From assembly GCF_006345805.1 (NCBI RefSeq), contig NC_043003.1, forward strand, positions 79,484,001 to 79,548,000: a DNA stretch of 64,000 bases. The letters are read 5' to 3'. The position numbers and the translations under genes are program-made. Positions within the stretch are counted from its first letter, which is position 1. Each line of letters opens with the position of its first letter. This DNA is from Octopus sinensis (taxonomy: Eukaryota). This document shows, in pieces, positions 1 through 11,983 of this stretch. Below the pieces are notes generated by a model. That model did not search any database. It was not told where the DNA came from and saw only the letters and a program-made list of their open reading frames with translations.

Positions 1-2980
1 CGCTGTTTAAGCAGAAAAATAAATATAAAACCACCAGGATGCACCCAAGATCTAAGCACTGGCATCTCATAGATTATATTCTGATCAGAAAATGTTTCTA
101 GCGTTCGGGCCATGAGAAGGACAGAGAGCTGAACTGACCACCTAGTGCGTGGAAAAATAGATTTTTTGATAATGCCTAAAAATCAACAGTCTGGTTCTAA
201 GGTACCCAAAAAGTTAAATGTTTCAAACTTTAAATTATCAAACAACTTGCAAAGATTCCACGATGTTATAGAAAGTATAAATCTTGACCCAAACAATCTA
301 TGGGAAGATTTCAAAACAAAAGTATTTCAGGCTGCATGTTCGTCAGTGGGATTTGAATCACATAAGTCCAGTGGCTGGTTCTCAGATAGATCAGCAGAAA
401 TTCATGATCTACTTTTAGAAAAACAAAACTTAGGTAATACACTTCTTAAGGCGGCGAACTGGCAGAAACGTTAGCACGCCGTGCGAAATGCGTAGCCGTA
501 TTTCGTCTGCCGCTACGTTCTGAGTTCAAATTCCGCCGAGGTCGACTTTGCCTTTCATCCTTTCGGGGTCGATAAATTAAGGACCAGTTACGCACTGGGG
601 TCGATATAATCCGTTTGTCTGCTCTTGTTTGTTCTCTCTGTGTTTAGCCCCTTGTGGGTAGTAAATACACTTCTTTCTCTGTCCTTGAACCTCAACTCAC
701 ACGAAGCTCACAGAAAGCTGAAAAGGAAAGTGCAGACTGCTCTAAGGGAAATTAAACAGGAATGGTGGAATGATAGAACAAAAGAGGCACACGAAGCAAC
801 TGATAGAAATGATGCCAAAGGTTTGTACTCTTATGTTAAGGAGGTATATGTCCCAAAATCTTCAATAGCTCCAGTGAGAACAGCACATGGACATTTGTTT
901 CTGACTGACACCGCTTCTATTCATAAGCACTGGGTAGAACATTTTTCTGCACTTTTGAATAGACGATCATCCGCTGACATGAGGACGATAGAAAAAATTG
1001 AAAACCTTCCAGTTATAGAAGAGACAGCATTTGAACCAATTCTAAATGACATTTATTTAGCCGTGAATAAGTTGAATAACAATAAGTCTACAGGGTCTGA
1101 TGCAATCTGTGCAGAAGTCTTGAAATATGGGGATGACAAAATGTTTGAACTCTTAAATATATTAATTTGTCACTGTTGGAGAACTGATAAACTGCCTCAA
1201 GACTGGATTGATACCATTTTAGTCTCCTTGTATAAATCGGGGTCAAAGGATCTGTGAGGTAATTTTCGTAGGATTTCGCTTTTGTCTGTGGTTGGAAAGG
1301 TACTTGCCCACATTTTGCTAGAACGTTTAAATACCTTTATAGGTCCAAGTAAGGTGTCTGAGTCTCAGTGTGGTTTTCGTTCCTCCAGGGGCACATCTGA
1401 TTGTATCTTTACTGTCAGACAATTAAAGAAAAGTGCATTGAACAGAATCTTGCTCTATACTATTGCTTTGTTGATTTGAGCGAAGCATTCGATACTGTTA
1501 ATCGAATCTAAGGAAAATAGGTTGCCCAGAAAAATTTGTAAACATGATCAGGACTTTGCATAAGGATATGAAAGCTACAGTTATCTTTGGTGGTAGGCTC
1601 TCTGAATCTTTTGCCGTGGAAAATGGAGTAAAGCAAAGTGACCTTGACACACCACCCTCTTTGCAATATACTTTGCTGAGGAGGGTATTTACATAAAATA
1701 TCGAACAAGAGGGAATGGTTTTAATCTGACCAGACTGAAATTCAAGACGAAGGTTTTTACTTCACTCATTAGGGAACTTTTGTACGCTGACGATTGCGAT
1801 CTTGTCAGTCATTCTGAAACAGGTCTGCAATCTCTTGTATCTGCATTTGACTCGACTTATGATGATTTTGGCTTGACCATCAACTTGAAAAAACAGTTGT
1901 AATGCATCAACCTGTGTGTGGTGCTGTTTGTAACCCTCACTAAATTTTTTGTTAAGGGTAAGTTACTTGAGGTTGTCGATTCGCTTATCTACCTTGGAAG
2001 CTCTGTTCAAAATGATGGAAATACGGTTGCGAATTCAAAGGGCAGTAAAAGCATTTGGTGGCTTGGAGTCACGCGTTTGGTGTCAGTGACATATAAATAA
2101 GAATACAAAGCTGGCTCTTTACAAATCATTTGTCTTACCGTTCCTGTAGTATTCCTGTGAAACTTGGACTTGTTATGAAAGGCATTTTAAATCGTTAGAA
2201 CAATTCCACCGAAAATGCCTTCATCGTATTTAAAAAATTAAATGGAGTTCTTTTACTCCAAACACAGATATCCTTATAGCTGCAGGCATCACCTCAATTA
2301 AAGGTCTGATTTTGAGGAATCAAATGAGATGGTGTGACCATATTGTTCGAATCGCAGATGAACACATGCCGAGACAGCTGTTTTATAGTGAGCTTGCACT
2401 GGGGGAAACGCTATCGGCGTAATCTTAGAAAAAAGGTTTAAGGACGGCATAAGGACTACTATGAAGTCACTTAGAATGGATCCAGAAGACATAGAAACCC
2501 TTGCTTCGAATCGAGTTGGATGGCGAACAAAAGTGTGGAGAGGCCAGGATAACGCATGCAAAACTCAAAAGAGATCTAAGGAAGAATGTAACAATCGAGA
2601 AGGTGAATGACAATGACCTTTTTGTATGCACAGTCTGTGACAGACCATGCCTGTCTTTTACTGAGCTCAAATCTCATCTGCGAACCCATGGAAAATGAAC
2701 CTCCACCAACTATTCTGCCTATATGTCTGTGCACACCATTAAATGCAGTGTATGCCAGAAGATTTGCAAATCCAACGGAGACCTCAAAAGACATTTTAAG
2801 ATCCACAAAGATCAGACCTTATCTGCAGTTCTTGGTGGTCCAAATCGGATGTGCAATCTGTGTGGGTGTTTTCAGACATTGTCTGGTTTAAAAAGTCACA
2901 GCAGATGCCATGATGGTGCTAAAGTGTAGGCACAGGAGGTGGTCAGACTCTGCATAAGTGCATAAGGAGTAGACAACCAC
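1..2980 (+). mobile_element. Decayed RTE-clade LINE (APE endonuclease C-terminus, RT, three C-terminal C2H2 fingers), interrupted by a SINE
   Basis: Bases 1-100 translate as KTTRMHPRSKHWHLIDYILIR (APE end). RT motifs across frameshifted ORFs: SVVGKVLAHILLERL, ESQCGFRSSRGTSD, GVKQS, LYADDCD, YLGS. C2H2 fingers at 2620-2910. The element ends in caacca before (TA)n. Confidence 0.93.
448..663 (+). mobile_element. tRNA-derived SINE (family A) inserted into the RTE LINE, 12-bp TSD
   Basis: Head aaggcggcgaactggcagaaacgttagcacg, box-B-like gagttcaaattcc, core gactttgcctttcatcctttcggggtcgataaa. TSD aatacacttctt at 436-447 and 664-675. Confidence 0.93.
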
Positions 2981-3124
2981 AATATACACATACATACATA
3001 TATATATATATACATATATATATGTATATATATAAATATATGTATATATATACGTATATATATATATGTATGTATATATATATATATATATCTATAGATT
3101 CATAGATACACACACGCACACACA

Positions 3125-3217
<93 letters not shown>

Positions 3218-3587
3218 TTTGTATAACATGGATAAATTAAGAAGTGGTGTTAAACGCAGGTGTTATTCAAATAATTTATTCTTCCAACATTTGTTTCGAA
3301 GGGAATAAAAATGATGTAAGACAACGCAAAGAACATCAATAGGCCATTTTAATCGAATGTGATTATCGCGTTCGTAAGTATATGATGTAAAGAGAACGCT
3401 CCATTTCTTAATTTATCCATGTTATACAAAAACATTTCACTCAAACCTGGAACTTTTACCTTTATAAGTAGGCTGTAATATCTTTGGCTCTTATGTAAAT
3501 TTTTGCTACCCTGATAACTATTTCCTTTTTTTTTCCTTGTTATTTGTACACATTAAAAATATACATACATGTATATATGTATATATA

Positions 3588-3656
<69 letters not shown>

Positions 3657-3854
3657 ATTATTATTACTTTAAAGGTCACAATACACGTATTAAAGCGCTA
3701 CTAATACTTTCATATTCTTTAGGCGGAAACCTCATATTACGAATTGAAGAAATTGAATAATAGAAGAAACGCGAAAAAACTGAGAAGGTAGCATAAAGAA
3801 TTTTCTGTCACGGATCAGTACATTATATAGTATTATATATATATATATTGCTTC

Positions 3855-4192
3855 CCTGTCCTGTTATTCTTTATTTGTACTGTTTTTCTTCATTTGTATT
3901 GCTTTTATGTCCTGTTCTTGTCACTTGTTTTACCCCTCTGCAAAAGTATTTTATTTAATTCCTTTTGCAGGAAGGATTGTTTCGGCGTGGCCGTGTTCTG
4001 CCCTTACCTTCGAAACACGTATTGAGTCGAACCAGGGGCAGCTGATGAAGGGGAATTTTCCTTGTATTGTTTGTCCTGTACTCTGTTTTTTCGTTGTTAA
4101 AAAAAGTCCGTTTCCTTGTTTGATTTTATGTTTTCGTTTCTCGTTGTGTTCTACGTTTATTTGTGGTGTCCTGTACTCATATATATATATGA
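3855..4192 (+). repeat. Unclassified interspersed repeat (copy 1, interrupted by the RTE at 4193)
   Basis: Near-identical to 7736-8090. Diverged copies at 10480-10640 (minus) and about 27380-27540. Confidence 0.8.
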
Positions 4193-7100
4193 GCAGGATT
4201 TCACCTTCTTTTGGCAGGGAAGCGATCCAGAAGAACCTCGTCAACATGGCGTTGGCTTTGCAGTGAGAAACTCACTGCTCTCCTCAATAGAACCACCATC
4301 AGGAGGCACTGAGCGTATCCTCTCACTGCGCCTCTCGACTTCTTCTGGCTCAGTACATCTTCTCAGCATCTATGCTCCCACTCTCTACAGCTCAGAGGAG
4401 ACCAAGGACCAGTTCTACAAAGATCTCAACTGTGTCATAGAAAATATACCAAAGACTGAAAATATCTACCTTCTAGGGGATTTTAACGTTCGCGTGGGAT
4501 CTGACCATGATTCATGGCCCATTTGTGTTGGACACTTTGGTATTGGCAACATGAATGACAATGGTCAGAGACTACTCGAATTCTGCACATACCACAACCT
4601 GTGCATCACAAACACATTCTTTACCAACAAGCCATCCCACAAGGCATCCTGGAGACATCCAAGATCTCACCACTGGCATCAGCTGGATCTCATCATTACA
4701 CGGAGATCCTTTCTGAATTCTACTCTATTGACCCGCAGTTACCACAGCGCGGATTGTGACACAGACCACTCACTAATTAGAAGTAGGGTGAGGATTCTGC
4801 CTAAAAAAGTCCATCGCTCCAAGAAAGTGGGCCCACCACGCATCAACACCGCCAGAATCTCGGACCCTACACTGCGAAAATGTTTTACTGCTTCTATCAA
4901 GGTTGCCCTCAGTAGCTGCCCAACCTCCTCTGCTGAAAGAAGGTGGGACTATATCAGGGAAGCCTTGTATACGACATCAATGGATACTTTCGGCATGAGA
5001 GAAAGGCAAAACCCAGATTGGTTCAATGCTGGGCTCTCAGAGCTGGAGCCAGTTATCGAAGCAAAGCGTGCAGCTCTGATGCAATACAAGAGTGACTCTT
5101 CTACAAAGTCACTCGAAGAACTCAGAAAGGCACGAAATAAAACCCAACTGACAGCCAGACGCTGTGCAAATAGGTATTGGCAGGAATCTGTCAGAGTATC
5201 CAGTCAGCTGCTGACAGGGGCGACACCCGTGGAATGTATGCCGGTTTGAAGAAGGCCCTCGGTCCATCCGCAACCAAGTCAGCCCCTCTGAAATCAACTA
5301 CTGGAGATCTCATCAGGGATCAAGGCAAGCAAATGGATAGATGGGTGGAGCACTACCAGGATCTCTACTCACGGGAAACTACAGTGGCTGAGGCTGCAGT
5401 CGAGAGTGTCAAGATCTTGCCAGTCATGTGCGAACTTGACAGTCCGCCATCTATAGCAGAGCTCACCAAGGCTGTTGACTCCCTAGCAAGAAATAAGGCT
5501 CCGGGAAAAGACGGCATTCCCTCAGAGATCATCAAAGCCGGCAAAAACACCATCCTGCTTCGGCACCTTCATGAGCTTCTGTGTCAGTGCTGGGAAGAGG
5601 GTACAGTCCCTCAGGATATGCGGGATGCTAACATCATTACGCTTTACAAAAACAAAGGTGACCGTGGTGATTGTAACAATTACCGTGGTATATCCCTTCT
5701 AAGCACTGTTGGAAAGACCTTTGCCCGCGTTATCCTGGCCAGGCTACAACTACTTGCTTCTCGAATCTATCCGGAATCGCAGTGTGGCTTTAGAAGAAGC
5801 AGATCAACTATCGATATGATATTCTCCATACGCCAACTTCAGAAGTCCAGAGAGCAGAAAATGCCATTATATATGGCCTTCATTGATCTAACAAAGGCTT
5901 TTGACTCGGTAAGCAGAACAGGCCTCTTCATCCTGCTCCAAAAAATCGGATGTCCACCAAAGCTGCTGAGGATCATCAAGTCTTTCCATGATGACATGCA
6001 AGGCACCATACAGTACAACGGTTCAACATCAGCCGCCTTCCAAATAAAAAATGGGGTAAAGCAAGGTTGTGTCCTCGCTCCTACATTGTTTGGCATCTTC
6101 TTCTCGCTCTTACTTTCACATGCCTTTCAGACATCAGATGATGGAGTGTTTCTGCACAGTAGAAGTGACGGGAAACTGTTCAATCTCTCACGCCTGCGTG
6201 CCAAGACCAAAATCAAAAACGTCCTGATCAAGGAGATGTTATTTGCTGATGATGCCGCTCTGGTAACACACACAGAAGAAGCCCTCCAAAAGCTCATTAA
6301 CTGTTTTGAGCAAGCATGTAACGACTTTGGCTTAGCTATCAGCCTTAAGAAGACCAACATCATGGGCTAGGCTACATCGGACATCCCAAACATACATATT
6401 GGAGACCACAGATTACAAGAGGTGGAGAAGTTTACCTATCTGGGCTCTACCGTCACCTACAACCTATCCCTTGACGCTGAGCTCAATATACGCATTGGCA
6501 AGGCAGCTGCTGCGATGGCCCAACTCTCCAAACGGGCTTGGGACAACAATAAGCTGACCAAGACCACGAAAATGAAGATCTACCAGGCATGTGTACTCAG
6601 CACTCTACTGTATGGAAGTGAAACCTGGACGCTATACACACGCCAAGAGCGTCGCCTAAACATCTTTCACCTGCGCTGCCTCCGAAAAATCCTCCGTATC
6701 AAATGGCAGAATCATATCCCCAACAAAGATGTCCTCAGGCAAGCAGGAATGCCAAGCATGTTTGCACTCCTCATACAAAGACGTATGAGATGGCTTGGGC
6801 ATGTTAGCCGTATGAAAGATGGCAGAATCCCCAAGGACATACTCTACGGAGAGCTTGCTAGGGGTACTAGGTCTGTGGGTAGACCGATCTTACGTTACAA
6901 GAATGTTTGCAAAAGGGACATGAAGGCCTGCAACATCAATATTAGCGGTTGGGAGGCAGTTGCCGGCAACCGTAGAGACTGGCGACGTACCGTAAGAAAG
7001 GGAATACAAAGGAGTGACAGAGAGAGAGAGAGAGGAGAAATGGAAAGACAAGAAAAGACGTCAACAAGAAACTATGGCATTACAACCAGCCAGGAACAGT

Positions 7101-7258
7101 CTTCGCTACATTTGCGGTACCTGCCAGAGGGAGTGTTTGTCCAGGATAGGACTACACAGCCACAGCAGGAAATGTATCAGGACATGAAATATAAAAGCCG
7201 GACTAGACTACTTTATGCGCAACTCCATTGTCTCCCGAGACAGAAAGGATGCCAACCA
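4193..7258 (+). mobile_element. RTE-clade (BovB-like) LINE, 5'-truncated within the APE domain, few disabling lesions, 14-bp TSD
   Basis: APE motifs HGVGFAVRN, SIYAPT, LLGDFNVRVG, HQLDLII, TDHSL. RT motifs NYRGISLLS, FIDLTKAFD, GVKQGCVLAP, LFADD, YLGS. Terminal finger CGTCQRECLSRIGLHSHSRKC at about 7125-7190 (frameshifted). TSD atatatatatatga at 4179-4192 and 7259-7272. Frameshift near 5190 and stop at 6368. Confidence 0.97.
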
Positions 7259-7514
7259 ATATATATATATGAATGTTTATATACATATAGATGTAAGTAT
7301 GTACATATATGTATGTATATATGCATATATTTTATTTATTTGTTATATTGTTATTATATGACCGAACGCACGCGTTGTTTCTCTTCTCCATGTAAGTTTT
7401 TATTTGAATAATCATGACGCGCACTCTTACTCTTTACTTGACCTTTCCTCCCTGCCTGTCTGTCTTCCTCTCTACTTGTTTCTCTCCTTCTTATTTTTCA
7501 CCCTTTCTGGTTTC

Positions 7515-7557
<43 letters not shown>

Positions 7558-7735
7558 CTCCTCCTCCTCCTCCTCCTTTCTCTGGCCGTTGACCGGAGTG
7601 CTACTAAAACTTTCTTTCAGCTCCGTGCTTTCAACAAGCATACATCGACTTCCCTGTCTTTCGCAAGCCGATTTTTCACATGCGTTCTAACTAATTTTTC
7701 CACCGTCTAGGCCTAAAAAAACCCTTATGGTTGGT

Positions 7736-8177
7736 TCCCTGTCCTGTTATTCTTTATTTGTACTGTTTTTTCTACTGTTTTTCTTCATTAGTATTGCTTT
7801 TACGTCCTGTTCTTGTCACTTGTTTTACCCCTCTGCAAAAGAATTTTATTTAATTCCTTTTGCAGGAAAGATTGCTTCGACCTGGCCGTGTTCTGCCCTT
7901 ACCTTCGAAACACGCATTGAGTCGAACCAGGGGCAGCTGATGAAGGGGAATTTTCCTTGTATTGTTTGTCCTGTACTCTGCTTTTTCGTTGTTAAAAAAA
8001 GTCCGTTTCCTTGTTTGATTTTATGTTTTCGTTTCTCGTTGTGTTCTACGTTTATTTGTGGTGTCCTGTACTCATATATATATATATTTATATGCATGTA
8101 TATATACATATAGATGTAAGTATGTACATATATGTATGTATATATGCATATATTTTATTTATTTATTATATTATTAT

Positions 8178-8180
<3 letters not shown>
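7736..8180 (+). repeat. Uninterrupted paralog of the 3855 repeat
   Basis: Matches 3855-4190 and continues with the sequence found after the RTE (7273-7350). Confidence 0.85.
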
Positions 8181-8211
<31 letters not shown>

Positions 8212-9394
8212 GAATTTTAAAGGGGGTTCTTTCCCCTCTTTACACGCCACAAAAAAATTCTAATCATGACTTATTTATCCCATACTACTCATTTTTATGC
8301 CCAGATTCCAAAATCCAAATCTTATAAAACCCACTCAAAAAATGTTTGCTCTTGAAAAATGGAGCACACGGAGATCTAAAATATGGGGATTAAGGCCCCT
8401 ATTAGGTGGGTCTTAAAGTCAACCAGAAAAGTTGAATTATTGGGAATATTTTTTAACTTGTGTCTTATAACTATTGTTCAAATTTCTTTGAAATCGGAAA
8501 TATATGAATGTTCACTGGGTTTGTAAAAGTTAGAGGAAACCAGAAGACGAATGATCACAAAAAGCAGTAAGCTACCCTACCCTCGTCGTTACCACTCCCG
8601 AATGTAGGATTCCTAACCGTACAGGTGACCGGCACAGCCGTAAGATGCATTGCGGATCTATAGCAATTGGAAGGGCGTGACCCAACTCAAATAAACATTA
8701 ACAACTGTGTGACGTGAGGGCTAAGAGAAAATGAAAGTGTCATCCTTGGAGTATGCCAATGATCACTATGCCGATAGGTAACTGAACAGAATAAATTTTC
8801 AATCTATAAATCTCTTTGAATGGCCAATCACTTATCTGGAAAGGCCTTGAAATGAATGTTACCAACTAGAGACTATCTATGACTCAGTGATAATATAAAG
8901 ACTCACAGGAGGTCTGCAACCAAATAACTTTACTCAACACTTTGCAACTGAAACAGTGGAGGCAAAGATAACTCTCCCTTACTTGACAATTCTTGCACCA
9001 TATCGCAGAAATTACAGTCTAAGTATATCTCAAAGTAAACTCTTACACTGTTGTACCATTGAATTATAAATAACGCTTATCTTGTATCCTCGGGTGTCTC
9101 TACAGCTTCCAAGACTACAATTGCATTCGTCTTGGCTTCGGAAAAATGACTAAATTGTCGGGTTAAGCCGCCATTAAGGGGTCTTACTAACCTCCTAAGA
9201 AGTTGAAATTTTAGGAATATTATTTCGTGTCTAATATCTATGGTTAAAATTTCATCAACAGCAAAAAATATGAATATTCATAGGAGTTATGGCATCATTT
9301 ATGCCCTCTCATTTTCAAACATATACTGCATTACATCTACCTTTATGCATAGAATATAATTTCCAAATTTCATAACGATCCATTCAGTACTTTT

Positions 9395-10078
9395 GAACAT
9401 GTTTTGGATCATATTACTCGTATCTGTAGAGCTTTAAAATTTTCAAATGAAACAAATGGTATGTGCTGCTCAGGCGGTCAGATACCATTGCCAGCACTAC
9501 CGGCTCCTTGTCAACCTCTTATGGATCTTCAAGAAGGCACTTCCATCCAATCAAAGGATTTTCTGAACAATATCAGACAATACAACTCTGCATTTCGCAT
9601 GACATCGTTTGGTACGTCTAAGAAGATAGATAAACATGAATTTACGGCGACGTCAAAGTTCAAGGGCAAGTCTGTCACCTCATTGGTTCCCTGTTATCCT
9701 AAAATGAACAAACAATGTTCCTCCAGATTTACTTTAATGAATGATGTTGGACAACAAACCCGAAGGAGGTGTTAAAATTTCAGATGATGGGTCGTGTTAG
9801 ACACAGCACTGACTGCTGCAAAAGAGAATATATCCAATGACAGCTTTTCAGGGCGTTCAAAAATTACATACCCCCACCCCATTTTCCATGACAGGTTAGT
9901 GCCTGAAATACTCCAAAACAGACTCATAGCATGTTGTTTAGACGATTTATCCCATCATTTACTCCACAAATTTTTTGTTGTCAATGCTGCACTTTCCCAT
10001 ATCACCTGTTTCAACATAACTGTAATATATACAAACTATGCCATTTTTATCCCGAGCAACGCCAGATATCTCTGCTAG
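9395..10078 (+). mobile_element. Helitron remnant: N-terminal Rep fragment joined to a Helitron 3' terminus
   Basis: CRALKFSNETNGMCCSGGQIPLP...FLNNIRQYNSAFRMTSFG, then frameshifted KVQGQVCHLIGSLL and FLQIYF, typical of Helitron RepHel N-termini. Ends cccgagcaacgccagatatctctgCTAG|t. Confidence 0.85.
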
Positions 10079-10187
10079 TATATATATATATCTTGGGTGC
10101 CGACAGATTTTTCTGAGGAATATAGGTCGATTATCCTGTTTATGCTATATTATTAGCATCATACTGCGATTGAAAATAAAATTATTT

Positions 10188-10250
<63 letters not shown>

Positions 10251-11053
10251 TAATAAATAAAATATATGCATACATACAAACATATATGTACGTACCGACA
10301 TCTACATGTATATATACATGCATATATAAATATATATATATACGTACAGGTCATCACAGGAAGACGAAAAAATCAACAGAACGAAAACGGAAATGACATG
10401 TTGTTACAACAGAAGGACAGAGACGTGGAACAAGACGAAACGAAAACGAAAACGGGAAAAACAATTATGTGCAGCAGAAAAACGAAGTACAGGACATGCT
10501 GCACAAGGAAAAATCCCCTTCATCAGCTGTCGCTAGCAGACACGTGTTTCGAAGGCAGAGACAGAACACGTATAGTCAAGCTAAGCCTTCCTACGAGAGA
10601 ATTAAAATAAAATAAACTCGTAGAGGGGTAAACGAGCGAGAAAAAATGTAACACAAAAAGGGACGTAACAAAGAACTGCACAAAAAAATACGTACAAGAA
10701 AAAAAAAATAATACAAAATAAAGATACATGTACAAGAAAATACATAACGAGAATTAAATTGCAATACGAGAAATCAAAAATAAACAAGAGAACAAACGAA
10801 AAAGACGAACGAAGGCATTTGTTCTGGCTGGGACGAGATAGGTAACTGGCGAGCGTGAGGAAACATGAGGAACATGACATCACAGGAAGACGAAAAAATC
10901 AACAGAACGAAAACGGAAAAGACATTTTGTTACAACAGAAGGACACTCAACTAATAAGGGTGAGAAAATTGGATACTAATTTAATAGTACATCCATTTAA
11001 CACCAAGTGGCTTAGTGCATAAAAACCTGGATTACGATAAATTTTATACATAA

Positions 11054-11504
11054 ATATAAGAAAGTAACCATTATGTGGTCGACTCTAGCACTAAAAATAG
11101 ATCCGCTAGGTTTCAGCCACAAAGAATTGTTTCCGATGAAAGTTAGCACGACTACTAGCGCAAACGAACAGGGCAAATAAAAATAACAAAAATGCAGATT
11201 AGTTCAGGACAATTGTTTCGCTATTAATAAATTATGTAATTTTACTCACATAACATATCTGTAGCTCTTCAGCCGAACCCGTCCAGAATACAATTTACTC
11301 AACCGCACGCTAGATTTTACCATAACGATAAACACACGTGCGAAACAATTGTCCTGAACTAATCTGCATTTTTGTTTTTATTTGCCCTGTTCGTTTGCGC
11401 TAGTAGTCGTGCTAACTTTCATCGGAAACAATTCTTTGTGGCTGAAACCTAGCGGATCTATTTTTAGTGCTAGAGTCGACCACATAGTGGTTACTCTCTT
11501 ATAT
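11054..11504. repeat. Long inverted repeat (about 165-bp arms, 118-nt spacer) carrying a hammerhead
   Basis: 11054-11221 is the reverse complement of 11340-11504, with a few substitutions and one 3-nt indel. Confidence 0.93.
11201..11279 (-). ncRNA. Type I hammerhead ribozyme motif, canonical core
   Basis: Minus-strand RNA: GGUUCGG-CUGAAGA-GCUA-(loop)-UAGC-GAAA-CAAUUGUC-CUGAACU. Stem I 7 bp (2 G-U), stem II 4 bp, palindromic stem III ACAAUUGU, GUC cleavage triplet. Confidence 0.88.
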
Positions 11505-11589
11505 ATAATATATATAATAATAATAATATTAGGGAGTAAATCCAAACTTACAGGGAAAAATTAGAGTTAGGATTAAATCAAATTTCACA

Positions 11590-11952
11590 GTATAAATATA
11601 AATTAAATTAGAGATAAAACCACTATTAGGCAAATCAAACAGTGAAAAACATAAAAATAAATATAATTAATATAATATACAAAATATATAAAATACAAAA
11701 TTTAAAATTAAATTATTTGAATTTATAATTTTTAATTTATATTTATAAATTTTTATATGTTTAAAAAAAAAATTAATTTTAGATTTATAAATTTTTAAAC
11801 TTTTAATTTTTTAATATTTATATTTATTTATTTATTCATTTTTTTTTATATAACTATCAAAAAGGTATTAAAAAGTTTAATATAATATAAGTATAAAAAG
11901 TAAAACCTTATTATATTATATTAAACTTTTTAATACCTTTTTGATAGTTATA

Positions 11953-11983
<31 letters not shown>

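Noticed and set aside
448-540. tRNA gene
   Set aside because: A/B-box-like head without a full cloverleaf, continuing into SINE core; a tRNA-derived SINE head.
2501-2929. Host C2H2 zinc-finger gene
   Set aside because: Directly follows RTE RT, lacks TGEKP linkers and is followed by the RTE-type caacca terminus; treated as part of the LINE.
2943-3308. ORFs rich in [16 protein letters not shown] (here and throughout the window)
   Set aside because: They are translations of (CA)n, (TA)n, (TACA)n and (TATC)n microsatellites, which lack stops in some frames.
3995-4070. Functional type II hammerhead in the 3855 repeat family
   Set aside because: Stem I cannot be formed in any copy; kept only as a structured-repeat finding.
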